Position numbers and translations under genes: made by a program
Source: Henriciella sp.
GTDB taxonomy: Bacteria > Pseudomonadota > Alphaproteobacteria > Caulobacterales > Hyphomonadaceae
Direction: 5' to 3'
Assembly: GCA_021776655.1 (NCBI GenBank)
Contig: JAJFFK010000037.1
Location: forward strand, 64,815 to 128,814
Length of the DNA: 64,000 nucleotides
Shown here: positions 9,966-19,465 of the stretch, one piece after another
Layout: every line of letters starts with the position of its first letter
Position numbering within the stretch: the stretch's first letter is position 1
Notes under the pieces: model-generated
What the model was told of the DNA's origin: nothing
The model's input: only the letters and a program-made list of their open reading frames with translations
The model's database searches: none

Positions 9966-12101
9966 ATGGCTATAGTCAACAAGGGTATCGGAGCGCGGGC
10001 ATTTTGCGCAGCGCTGCTTATGGGGAGCGCGGCCCCAGTCGCGTTGTCACAGGCTGCGAGGGATGTGCCTGATACGACAGACGTGCGTAAGCTCGACACC
10101 GTGCTGGTGACTGCGAACAAGCGTGAGGAGAGCTTGCAGGATTTCGCAGGTTCCCTGACGGCGATTTCGGCTAATGCTCTGGAAGACGCAGGTGTAATTA
10201 ATCTCCAAGACATCAGAAACCTGGTGCCAAACCTGTATTTGGAAGAGGCTCTGGGTAATGCCACAACACCTAAAATATTCGTTCGGGGTATAGGTATTGA
10301 TAATCCGGATATTTCATTCGATTCACCGGTTGGGATATATGTTGACGGCGTCTATATGGCGCGCGCATTTGGCGGATTGGGTGACATGTTCGACATTGAG
10401 CGCGTGGAGTTTCTGCGTGGCCCACAAGGGACTATATATGGTCGTAATAACTCTGCCGGGGCACTTCGTATCGTGACCAAGCAACCTGATCTTGAGGATC
10501 CCGACTATGGCGGCAGCCTGTCATTTGGTACGGAGGGGCAGATCAATTCTCAGGGCTATTTCAGTGCTCCCATCATTGAAGGAAAACTAGCGGGTCGCAT
10601 CGCATTTTCAACCCGAACAAATGATGGGTTTCAGACAGAAACCACGACTGGCAAAAAGTTTATGAGGGATGATATCACGAGTGGGCGTGGTGCGCTTTTA
10701 TATTCACCCAACGATAAATGGGATGTAACTTTACGGGGTGATTTTCTTCTTGATAAGGGCTTGGGGACTGCGGCGTCTTCAATTGTTCCAGCATTTGATC
10801 CTGATGGTGATCCTTTCACGTTCACCTCAAACAGAGCTGCTCAGGCCTCCGCTCGCTTGAAGACATGGGGGACAGCTCTTGAAGTGTCACGGCAGGGGAG
10901 TTTTGCCGATTTTACCTCAATCTCTTCTTATCGAAGCATCAACCAGGATCTGGCCGGTGGTGACGTCGATGGAACCCCGATTTCGCTACTGGAAGGCAAG
11001 ATACAAAACCTCAATCAATATCAATTGTCGCAAGAAGCATATCTGATTGGTGACGCCCTCTTTGGGAATGAGGATTTGAACTGGACGGTAGGTGCCTTCT
11101 ATTTCACTGAAACCAACAAGGTTGCCAGGAGCTTTTCGGTATTTCCGGCGGTATTCGGCCCTGATACGACGCAAAATGTGCGACAGGAGACTGAGGCCCT
11201 TGCCGTTTATGGAGAGGTCGAGTTTGAGGCTTCGGACAAGCTTACACTCATCGCTGGTGCACGTTATACCGATGAAGAGAAAACCATCGATGTTGCCAGT
11301 ATCGATCCAGATCCCACCCGTAACTTCACGGCTGCGGATGCGTTGTCAGAGGCGCGAGGAACATGGCGTCTTTCAGCGGAATATGACATTGCCGATAATA
11401 CGATGATTTATGCTTCTGCTTCCACGGGCTTCCGGTCTGGTGGCATCGGGATAAACCCGGGAGCGCGCTCAACTGCGAATATTATCGGGGACACTTTCGG
11501 ACCAGAAACAGCAATGAATTATGAGGCAGGTCTTCGTGCGACATTATTTGATGGGCGCGCGCAACTGGCTGCTACATATTTTTATGTTGAGTATGAGAGT
11601 CTTCAGTTAGCTGCGGCAGGTGCAGGCGGTATCACGGTTGTGACGCCCGATGCGGTTGTTCATGGCTTCGAAGGGGAGCTGACAGCCCTGCTTACTGATA
11701 ATATCACGCTGTCGGGAACCTTGGGAACGATGGATGATGAGGTCAAGGGTGCGCTTACTGAACTGAAGAATACACCCAAATGGCAGGGCAGGCTGGGCCT
11801 GAACTATAATGTGCCAGTCTCGGTTCTGAACGGTACAGTTACAGTTGGAGGGGATGTGAGTTACCGGGACGACCATTTTATCAACACCGCTAACACTATT
11901 GAAATCGATGGCTATGCACTTGTAAATGGGTCAGTTCGATGGGAAGCAGATAATGGTCATTGGGGACTGAGTTTGTCGGGAAAGAATCTCACTGATGAAT
12001 TGTATCCCACCCTTGGTTTCAGAATTGTCCCCAACTTGCTGGATACACAATTTCCAAACCATCCGCGTCGCTGGTTGCTGACGCTGACAGTTCGGAACTA
12101 G
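9966..12101 (+). CDS. TonB-dependent receptor
   Basis: Signal peptide, 'DTVLVTANKR', 'IERVEFLRGPQGTIYGRN'. SD GGGAGG. Confidence 0.95.
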   Translation: MAIVNKGIGARAFCAALLMGSAAPVALSQAARDVPDTTDVRKLDTVLVTANKREESLQDFAGSLTAISANALEDAGVINLQDIRNLVPNLYLEEALGNATTPKIFVRGIGIDNPDISFDSPVGIYVDGVYMARAFGGLGDMFDIERVEFLRGPQGTIYGRNNSAGALRIVTKQPDLEDPDYGGSLSFGTEGQINSQGYFSAPIIEGKLAGRIAFSTRTNDGFQTETTTGKKFMRDDITSGRGALLYSPNDKWDVTLRGDFLLDKGLGTAASSIVPAFDPDGDPFTFTSNRAAQASARLKTWGTALEVSRQGSFADFTSISSYRSINQDLAGGDVDGTPISLLEGKIQNLNQYQLSQEAYLIGDALFGNEDLNWTVGAFYFTETNKVARSFSVFPAVFGPDTTQNVRQETEALAVYGEVEFEASDKLTLIAGARYTDEEKTIDVASIDPDPTRNFTAADALSEARGTWRLSAEYDIADNTMIYASASTGFRSGGIGINPGARSTANIIGDTFGPETAMNYEAGLRATLFDGRAQLAATYFYVEYESLQLAAAGAGGITVVTPDAVVHGFEGELTALLTDNITLSGTLGTMDDEVKGALTELKNTPKWQGRLGLNYNVPVSVLNGTVTVGGDVSYRDDHFINTANTIEIDGYALVNGSVRWEADNGHWGLSLSGKNLTDELYPTLGFRIVPNLLDTQFPNHPRRWLLTLTVRN

Positions 12102-12136
12102 CGGCATTTCCAAACACAAAGGGGGAAATCGCTGCG

Positions 12137-12176
12137 GATCGCCAGCAACACCAGATGTTGTTGGCGGTCTTTTTTT
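12137..12176 (+). terminator. Rho-independent terminator
   Basis: GATCGCCAGCAACA / TGTTGTTGGCGGTC stem followed by a T run, between convergent genes. Confidence 0.8.
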
Positions 12177-12196
12177 ACGCTAAGGCGCGTCGAATT

Positions 12197-13561
12197 CTAA
12201 GCTTTGCTCGCGTCTGATGTGCCGATACTCGCTTTGATTTCCTTGAACTGGCTTTCGGTCAATTTGTATCCGAGCAATGTGATCAGGGCGCAGATCCACA
12301 GGCCAGCTGGGATGATAACGTAGATTTGGCGTAGCCCCTGAAGCACTTCATCTGTTTGCTGTACATTCGGTCCTTTCGCAAACCCGATAGCCGACAGCAG
12401 CAGGCTGGCGATGAATGCCCCGGCGGTCATGCCGAACTTGCGGCAGAAAGCCCATGCCCCGAAGATCGCACCTTCGCGGCGCTCACCGGTCCGCAACTGA
12501 TCAACCTCAACCGTGTCGGGAACCATGGCGTTTGGGAACAGTTGATTGGCGGCATCACCAAGGCCGATAAGGATTAGTAACGACATGATCAGGGCGATCT
12601 CACCAGACGGCACAAACAGCATTGGCAAATAGTAAAGCGGCGCAATTGAGAGGGCGATGATATAGGCTGGGCGCTTGCCAATCTTGCGACCAACCATCAC
12701 CCATAGGGGTGTTGCCAGCATCGCCATAGCGGCGGGCGTCGCCATGGCCCATTTCAACATGCCGCCGACTTGCAGCGCATCCCGGAGCATGAAAGGCGTC
12801 ATGGTTGCAGCGATCCCGATTGCAAGATTTTGAAACAGGAATACCAGCCAGAGTATTCGAAAGGGCTTGTTGCTTAGAACCGCTTTTAGCTCTGCGGTCA
12901 GTTTGAATGGCGCAGGCGTCGTTTCAATGCGCGGTGCATGCCTGGTGAAACGAAAGCCAATAAGACCAGATACGAGGATCAGAGCTCCAAATACAAGTCC
13001 GATCAGCTGGAAGTCCTCGGCGAGTGTTTTGCGTAAGCCGAACATGGCCGGGACGCCGAACAGGATCATCAATGTCCCGACGCGGGCCCCAATCATCTTG
13101 TAGCCGGTCAGCGATGTACGTTCATTATAATCGGAACTCATCTCGGCGGCCATTGAGGAATAAGGCACGTCATAGATTGTGATGGCTGTACTGGCGATCA
13201 TGTAGGTGATCAGCAGATAGGCCGCCTTGACAGTTTGAGAGGCTTCTGCCGGGACGAAGAACATCGCTGTGACACTGGCCGATAGCAAAAATGTGCCGAC
13301 CAGAAGGTAAGGTCGTCGCCTGCCCATGCGGCTATTGGTACGATCAGATATGGCCCCCATCAAGGGATCAGTGAAGGCATCCCAAAGGCGTGGGATGAGT
13401 AGAATTAGTCCGGCGAGCCATGGCTCGATCCCCAATGCCGTGGTGGCGTAGAAGGTCAAAAATCCAATCGTCAGGACGACATAGACCGCGACTGGAAGCT
13501 CGCCGACCGCCCACGCTGATTTCATCCCGGTCGTGAGTTTTGGTACGAGTGGATTTGACAC
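12197..13561 (-). CDS. MFS glycoside-pentoside-hexuronide (MelB/GPH) transporter
   Basis: 'RLWDAFTDPLMGAISDRT.SRMGRRRPY', 'GERREG', about 12 hydrophobic segments. Confidence 0.92.
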   Translation of the reverse strand: MSNPLVPKLTTGMKSAWAVGELPVAVYVVLTIGFLTFYATTALGIEPWLAGLILLIPRLWDAFTDPLMGAISDRTNSRMGRRRPYLLVGTFLLSASVTAMFFVPAEASQTVKAAYLLITYMIASTAITIYDVPYSSMAAEMSSDYNERTSLTGYKMIGARVGTLMILFGVPAMFGLRKTLAEDFQLIGLVFGALILVSGLIGFRFTRHAPRIETTPAPFKLTAELKAVLSNKPFRILWLVFLFQNLAIGIAATMTPFMLRDALQVGGMLKWAMATPAAMAMLATPLWVMVGRKIGKRPAYIIALSIAPLYYLPMLFVPSGEIALIMSLLILIGLGDAANQLFPNAMVPDTVEVDQLRTGERREGAIFGAWAFCRKFGMTAGAFIASLLLSAIGFAKGPNVQQTDEVLQGLRQIYVIIPAGLWICALITLLGYKLTESQFKEIKASIGTSDASKA

Positions 13562-13623
13562 AGTCAGCCCTCTTTCTTTGCAGCCCCCTAGCGACAGAGG
13601 AAATAGTGACCCGAGTGATAATT

Positions 13624-13638
13624 ATTGGTCGGACCAAT
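13624..13638. promoter_or_regulatory. FadR/GntR operator in the divergent MFS/esterase promoter
   Basis: ATTGGT-CGG-ACCAAT perfect arms; TTGACA on the minus strand at 13667-13672. Confidence 0.8.
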
Positions 13639-13694
13639 CTTGCATTGCGTCTATAATCATGCCCAATGTCAAGCTCAAAGACAGGTGCCCATAA

Positions 13695-14633
13695 ATGCGC
13701 GATACGCCCTACATTCAAGCTGACATCAAGGCCTTTCTGAAAGAGAAGGAGGGCCAACCGCCGCCACCTAACATTGGTGAGGTGCCAGCCGAGGACGTTC
13801 GAGCGCTGATGGGACAGATGTTTGGCCTGCTCAATGCCGGTGGTCCGGTAATTGAGGACACAAAGGACATCCAACTCGCGGGCGCATTTGGCCCGCGTAC
13901 AGCGCGATTTTACAAGCCTGTCGCATCAGACATGCCGCAAGCCTGCATGGTCTATTTCCACGGCGGCGGTTGGATCATTGGTGATGTCGAAACCGAAGAT
14001 CGCAAACTGCGCCATATTGCAGAGCTAAGCGGTATGAGCATTCTGTCTGTGGATTATGTGCTGGCGCCTGAGCACCCGTTTCCGGGGCCGGGGGATGACT
14101 GCATTGCTTGCATAAACGATGCGATTTCACGCGCTGACGAATTGGGCATTGACCCCGACCGGATCGTTTTGGGCGGTGCATCAGCGGGGGCTAATCTGGC
14201 TCTGGTGTCAGCGCTCACAATGCGGGATTCAGGCGCTGATCTGGCAGGTTTGCTGCTATTCTATGGCGCGTTTGATCTGACCTATTCTGGCGAGAGTATG
14301 GAGCTGTTGAAGAGCGGGTTTTTCCTCGACAAAGAGGCGATGTATCGCTTTCGTGGGCACTATTGCCCGGATGAGGAGAATTGGCTGAAACCTCAAGCAT
14401 CACCGCTGTTTGGGGACTTTTCCGGGCTGCCAAAAACGTTCATTTCAGCACCGTCTGCCGATCCATTGTTCAATGACAGCACACGGTTGGAAATGCGGAT
14501 GCAAGCCGCCAGTGTGAATGTCGAGCTGAAGGTTTACGAAGGCGCGATACATGGCTTCACCATGTTCCAGGAGCGCTTCAAATCCGCGCGTGAAGGCGTC
14601 GAGGACGCAGCCACTTTTCTTCGCTCACTATAG
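13695..14633 (+). CDS. Alpha/beta hydrolase, HSL-family (family IV) esterase
   Basis: HGGGW oxyanion motif, GASAG nucleophile, 'DPL', 'HGF'. Confidence 0.92.
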   Translation: MRDTPYIQADIKAFLKEKEGQPPPPNIGEVPAEDVRALMGQMFGLLNAGGPVIEDTKDIQLAGAFGPRTARFYKPVASDMPQACMVYFHGGGWIIGDVETEDRKLRHIAELSGMSILSVDYVLAPEHPFPGPGDDCIACINDAISRADELGIDPDRIVLGGASAGANLALVSALTMRDSGADLAGLLLFYGAFDLTYSGESMELLKSGFFLDKEAMYRFRGHYCPDEENWLKPQASPLFGDFSGLPKTFISAPSADPLFNDSTRLEMRMQAASVNVELKVYEGAIHGFTMFQERFKSAREGVEDAATFLRSL

Positions 14634-14723
14634 TCACCATCAGCGCGCAGGGCGATTATGAGGCAGCGCGTAAGGCAATAACTGCGCACCATCCGGTGGG
14701 ATGATTGGGTCAGCCAGGCTAGG

Positions 14724-15611
14724 TCAAATCCGGTACAACCTAGCAGCGGTACCAGCAAATAACGCGGCGCGTTCTCCGCCAGAGACGTTCGCAACGACCG
14801 CATCAAAAGCGGCGAATATTTCGCTATAGGTGCAATGCAATTTGTCGACCGGAAAGTTGGACGCGAACATACAGCGCACAGTCCCGAAAGCCTCAATCAG
14901 GTCGAGGACATATGGCCTGATAGTGGCTTCACTGAACGGACGCAGGAACATCGCGAAGCCGGAAATCTTTATCGCAGTGTTGGCGCGCTTTGCGAGAGCT
15001 TTGACACCCTGCTGCCAGATCAGGCGCAGATCATCGGAGCCGTTCCACGGTTCGAGCGCGTGGTTGATGATGAACAATGTCTCTGGGTTGGCGTCGATGA
15101 TCGGCAAGGCGTCGGCGACTTGATGTGGGTAGATTTGTAAGTCGAAGCTGAGATTGTGCTGCTTTAGCAAAGCGATACGTCGGCCCCATTCTGCGTCCTT
15201 GAGGTATTCGCGGTCGGCATGGCAATAAGCTGGGTCGGGATGGTGCGAGAGGATTTGTCTTATGCCGCGCAGATTGGCGTACTCGGCATGTTGGGCGAGT
15301 ATATCGGCGACGTCCGACCTGTTGAAATCAGCATAGGCGACGAGGGCATGAGGGAAGCCATGCGCATCGGCTTGTGCTTGCAACCAGCGTGTTTCGGCGA
15401 CCGGGTCAGCGGCGTCATGTTCAGCTTGCACGTGTACTGATTTGATCACGTCGAGCGCGCCGAAATCCTTGCGATAATCACTGACATCGTATGTTTTTTG
15501 AAGCGCGGATATATTGCCGACGAAGCCGCCATCTGTATCGCCAGACTGAAGCCAGGGGTAGGAACAGGCGGATAAGTTCCAGAGATGGTGATGGGCATCG
15601 ATGATTTTCAT
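14724..15611 (-). CDS. Amidohydrolase-fold sugar lactonase (L-rhamnono/L-fucono-lactonase-like)
   Basis: 'IIDAHHHLW', 'SVHVQA', 'SFDLQ', 'IKISG', 'FASNFPVD'; sugar-acid context. Confidence 0.8.
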   Translation of the reverse strand: MKIIDAHHHLWNLSACSYPWLQSGDTDGGFVGNISALQKTYDVSDYRKDFGALDVIKSVHVQAEHDAADPVAETRWLQAQADAHGFPHALVAYADFNRSDVADILAQHAEYANLRGIRQILSHHPDPAYCHADREYLKDAEWGRRIALLKQHNLSFDLQIYPHQVADALPIIDANPETLFIINHALEPWNGSDDLRLIWQQGVKALAKRANTAIKISGFAMFLRPFSEATIRPYVLDLIEAFGTVRCMFASNFPVDKLHCTYSEIFAAFDAVVANVSGGERAALFAGTAARLYRI

Positions 15612-15636
15612 TGATCGGGTCCTTGATTGTGCGTAG

Positions 15637-15650
15637 ATGGTCAGACCAAT
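15637..15650. promoter_or_regulatory. FadR/GntR operator in the divergent lactonase/AKR promoter
   Basis: ATGGTCAGACCAAT within a 69-bp intergenic gap. Confidence 0.75.
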
Positions 15651-15680
15651 AATGACAAGCCTGGTTGGCGCGGAGACGTG

Positions 15681-16721
15681 ATGTCTGAAAAGTCATTTCT
15701 GGAAGAGATGCGGCCGCTTGGCCAATCGCACTGTGTGGTGCCGGCTTTTGGCTTTGGCGCGGCGCATTTGGGCGAGCTTTATGCCAAGCTGAGTGACGCA
15801 GATGCGCGTGCAACAATTGAAGCGGCGTGGGACGGCAGGGTTCGCTATTTCGACACTGCGCCATGGTATGGGCACGGCTTGAGTGAGCAGCGTCTCGGAG
15901 AGGTCTTGCGATCCAAGCCGCGCGATGAGTTCAAACTCAGTACGAAGGTGGGGCGGGTTTACGCCAAGCCTGCAAATATGGAGCAGTATTCAACCGCGCC
16001 ATGGGCGGGCGGACTGCCGCTTGAGCCACGGTTTGACTATAGTTATGATGGGGTCATGCGGTCTTATGAAGACAGCCTGCAAAGGCTCGGCGTGACCCAT
16101 GTAGATATATTGGTGATCCATGATCTGGACCGGGGCTATCATCAAAGTGAGGACGTGTTTGATCGCCATTGGCGTGATTTGAACGCTGGCGGGTTGAAGG
16201 CCTTGCATGAGTTGAAAGACGCGGGCGATATTCAAGCGATCGGGGCAGGGGTGAATACAGCCGATATGATCACGCCGATGGCGCGCGATCTGGGTTTGGA
16301 TTTTCTGCTCGTAGCGATGCCTTACACATTGCTGGATCAGGCTGCCTTAAATGACGGCTTTCAGGTCTGCGCGGCAAATGAGGTCAGCGTTGTGATCGGG
16401 GCACCATTTGCATCGGGTCTGCTCGCGACGGGCATTGTTGACGATGCCAAGTATAATTACGGCGCGGCGGATGGCGATGTGTTGGGCAAGGTCAGAGCGA
16501 TCAGCGATATATGCGAGCGGTTTGATGTCGCGTTGCCAGCGGCGGCGTTACAATTCGTGCTGGCGCATCGGCTGGTTGCCAGTGTGATACCTGGCGCGGT
16601 GAGTGCGGGTCAGATTGAGAGCAATCTGCAGCATTTGGCGGCGACAATCCCGGCTGAGTTTTGGCAGGCGCTGCGGGATGAAGGGTTGATTGATGCGGAT
16701 GCGCCGACGCCTGACTGTTAG
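15681..16721 (+). CDS. Aldo/keto reductase, D-threo-aldose (L-fucose) 1-dehydrogenase-like
   Basis: 'GFGAAHLGELY', 'YFDTAPWYGHGLSE', 'STKVGR', 'FDYSYDGVMRSYEDSLQRLG', 'IHD'. Confidence 0.85.
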   Translation: MSEKSFLEEMRPLGQSHCVVPAFGFGAAHLGELYAKLSDADARATIEAAWDGRVRYFDTAPWYGHGLSEQRLGEVLRSKPRDEFKLSTKVGRVYAKPANMEQYSTAPWAGGLPLEPRFDYSYDGVMRSYEDSLQRLGVTHVDILVIHDLDRGYHQSEDVFDRHWRDLNAGGLKALHELKDAGDIQAIGAGVNTADMITPMARDLGLDFLLVAMPYTLLDQAALNDGFQVCAANEVSVVIGAPFASGLLATGIVDDAKYNYGAADGDVLGKVRAISDICERFDVALPAAALQFVLAHRLVASVIPGAVSAGQIESNLQHLAATIPAEFWQALRDEGLIDADAPTPDC

Positions 16722-19267
16722 TCTTTTTGCTGCAGCACCGCGTTGGTCGCCGCCTCAAACGCACCGCCGCCTTGAGTGAAACCCCAACCTGGCGGCGCGA
16801 GCAAATCGCCGTTCAGGCCGGTCGGAGCAGTGACGCTAACATGCATCTCTGCGTCTTTGATCTGCCAGGCGACCTCAATCTCGCCATGCGGGGTCGGGTA
16901 GGCACCATTAGCCCAGTTCAGTCCGCCGGTTTGCGGGGTGACGCTGAAGCGCTTGAAGCCCGGCGCGGTCGGTCGCACACCGAGAATTCCAGCGGAAAGG
17001 TGGTAGACCGGCGACGCCGAAAAGGCGTGGCAAAGACTGGCGGTTGGGTCATAGCTTTCCCACAGAGTCTGCGCGCCAGCCGCGAGCATCGGGCCGAGAT
17101 TAGTACGCATGAAGTCAAGCGCATCGGACGCCATGCCGTCTTTCATCAGCGCGTCATACAGGAAGTGCGCGAAATAGGTGTTGGCGCGAACGAGATGTTT
17201 GGCTTCGTCAAAATCGTTATCACCCCTTACTAAAGGCGGCATTGGTGAGACGCGCGTGTTTTCGTGTTTCGTGATCGTTGAGAGCAGAGCCGCGCTTTGA
17301 TCTTGTGGAACCACACCAGCAAGGATCATCAAGGCATTCGTTTGTTGCGAAAAGCGTTTGGACAGCGTGCCGGTGGCCGGATCGGCGGCGTCGGCATAGA
17401 GGCCACGCTGACTGTCCCAAAGCCTGGTTTGCAGGGCGGCGGTGACTTGCTCGATTTTTCTCTCATAGAGATCGCTAGCATGGCCGAAGCGTAGTTCCGC
17501 CGCGATATTGCGCGCAGCCTTTAGCGCAATCAAATAGAGCCCGTTCATAGCGGCTGAAACTCCGGTCTTGTCGAGCGCTGCCCATTCGATGAAGCGCCAT
17601 AAAGGCGGGTTGACGATCAAGCCGTCAGCATCGAGATGCGGTTCGTACCATTGCAGAACCTTCTGCACAGCCGGATAGATTGAGGCGATGAAATCAAGGT
17701 CGCCTGTGTGCATCAGGTAATGCTCGCAAGCGGTGATCCAGTGTAGCGGGAAGTCGGCAATTGCGACGCCGTCGCCATGATGATCGCCGGGCGCAAACAT
17801 CTGGATCAGACCATCCGGGCGCTGGGCATCCGCTCCGGCGCGCAGGAATTGACGGTCAACGGCTTCTGTGCCCGGACCGAAAGCTGCCGCGTCGATCAGG
17901 TAGTGAACCAAACCGTCACCGATCCATTGACGTTTCTCGCGGCCCGGCCCGTCGCACCAGGCGTCGCTGGTGCATTGCTGCGCGGTGTAGCGCCCAACCT
18001 GCCAGAGATGGTCGAGGAAGGGATCGGAACAGGCGAACTCTCCGCGTGTCCCGACCGGGTAGGCGGACAGGACAGACCCGACGCGGCGAATTTTCAAGCA
18101 GTTCGGGGCGTCTCGCACCATTAGTTGCAGATAACGTAGTCCGGTCCAATCAAACTTCTCAAAACGCTGAACGCCGGGACGGGCTCGGTAGCGAAATATT
18201 TGCGCGCAATCAAGATGGGTCGGGCGTTCGATCCTTAGCAGATCGACAGGCGTGTCAGTGAAGTCGCCTTCGATTTTTTCAGAGGCGGCTAGTTCGATAA
18301 CCTCACCGCCCTCAGCGTCGATCTCAATGAATGGGTAGCCGGTATGGATCGGGCCGAAATCGATCAGTATGCAGATATCGCGATTATCCGTGCGGATGGT
18401 GGTTATGCCATCTGCGCCAAGTAGAGCTTCGGCATTTTCTATCATGCCTGCAGGCGCAGGTGCGAAGGCTTCTTCGTAAAGGCGTTGGCTGACATCCTTG
18501 CCTGGGTCGGGCGTGACGGTGTATTGGCCGCGTATCGTTACGGCGTAGATTTCACTCTCTACGAGCTGCGGCAAATCGTTCGGTGCGATGGTCGGAAAGG
18601 CTTCGTGCGGCCCCCAACCCATGGCACATTCATACTCAATACCCTGCCAGACCATTTCGCGGGCCTCAGCCCAATTGGAATCGTCAAAGCCAGACTGCGT
18701 CCAGCCATCGGGTAGGCGGTTGCCATCGACATCTTCGATCAAGCCCTGACCCCAACCTGCGGTCGGTGTGTCTTGTCGCCAGGCATCAGATTTGTGACAG
18801 CGCCATTGAGGATCACTGAGCAGGGTTTGCGTCTGGCCGTCTGTCTTAATGTCGGCTTCGACCCATAAGCCGCCATCGCCGAAGATTGAACGTGGATAGC
18901 GCGGGCCGATTTCGTACCAGGCTGTGTCAGCGCCATAGACATGCACGAGCACGGCAAAGACGTTCTTGCCGGGTTTCAGTTTTGTAGCGGTGTCATAAGT
19001 GTCAAAGCGCCGGAGATGACTGGGCGAACGTACGGGCCCGCGCCCAATCCGCTCACCATTGATGAAGAGCTGATAACGGCTATCGGCGGTGATCCGCATT
19101 GTCGCGGCGGTTGGCGCAGCGCCAAGATCGATCTCGCGGCGAAAGAATACCCAGCGATTGAGGCCATCGCGGCGATCCTTTGGTCCGTCCCTGACAAGCA
19201 CGCGGAAGACTTCTTCCTCGTCTATTTTCTGATCTGGAGTCCAGATGAAACGGGCACGTCGATACAT
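16718..19267 (-). CDS. Alpha-L-rhamnosidase (GH78), no signal peptide
   Basis: 'ITADSRYQLFING', 'DGPGREKRQWIGD', 'TLWE', 'SLCHAFS', 'PTPHGEI'. Confidence 0.88.
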   Translation of the reverse strand: MYRRARFIWTPDQKIDEEEVFRVLVRDGPKDRRDGLNRWVFFRREIDLGAAPTAATMRITADSRYQLFINGERIGRGPVRSPSHLRRFDTYDTATKLKPGKNVFAVLVHVYGADTAWYEIGPRYPRSIFGDGGLWVEADIKTDGQTQTLLSDPQWRCHKSDAWRQDTPTAGWGQGLIEDVDGNRLPDGWTQSGFDDSNWAEAREMVWQGIEYECAMGWGPHEAFPTIAPNDLPQLVESEIYAVTIRGQYTVTPDPGKDVSQRLYEEAFAPAPAGMIENAEALLGADGITTIRTDNRDICILIDFGPIHTGYPFIEIDAEGGEVIELAASEKIEGDFTDTPVDLLRIERPTHLDCAQIFRYRARPGVQRFEKFDWTGLRYLQLMVRDAPNCLKIRRVGSVLSAYPVGTRGEFACSDPFLDHLWQVGRYTAQQCTSDAWCDGPGREKRQWIGDGLVHYLIDAAAFGPGTEAVDRQFLRAGADAQRPDGLIQMFAPGDHHGDGVAIADFPLHWITACEHYLMHTGDLDFIASIYPAVQKVLQWYEPHLDADGLIVNPPLWRFIEWAALDKTGVSAAMNGLYLIALKAARNIAAELRFGHASDLYERKIEQVTAALQTRLWDSQRGLYADAADPATGTLSKRFSQQTNALMILAGVVPQDQSAALLSTITKHENTRVSPMPPLVRGDNDFDEAKHLVRANTYFAHFLYDALMKDGMASDALDFMRTNLGPMLAAGAQTLWESYDPTASLCHAFSASPVYHLSAGILGVRPTAPGFKRFSVTPQTGGLNWANGAYPTPHGEIEVAWQIKDAEMHVSVTAPTGLNGDLLAPPGWGFTQGGGAFEAATNAVLQQKD

Positions 19268-19301
19268 CGGTTCGTCCTTGCTAATTCAGGTAATTCAGAT
19301 A

Positions 19302-19388
19302 TTGGTAAGACCAAAATGGAGGCCTGTCGATAGGCTCAATCCAACGTGACTTGAGGTGAATGGCAACGCCTCAAATTGGTTTGACCGA
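19302..19388. promoter_or_regulatory. Two FadR/GntR operators in the divergent rhamnosidase/dipeptidase region
   Basis: TTGGTAAGACCAA 19302-19314 (identical to 9896) and TTGGTTTGACCGA 19376-19388. Confidence 0.75.
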
Positions 19389-19465
19389 TATGAGGGCTTC
19401 AGGCACTTTGTGAGTTGAGAGGCCCGAAAAAGGTCAATATTTCAGAATCAAGGATGGGTAGACAT

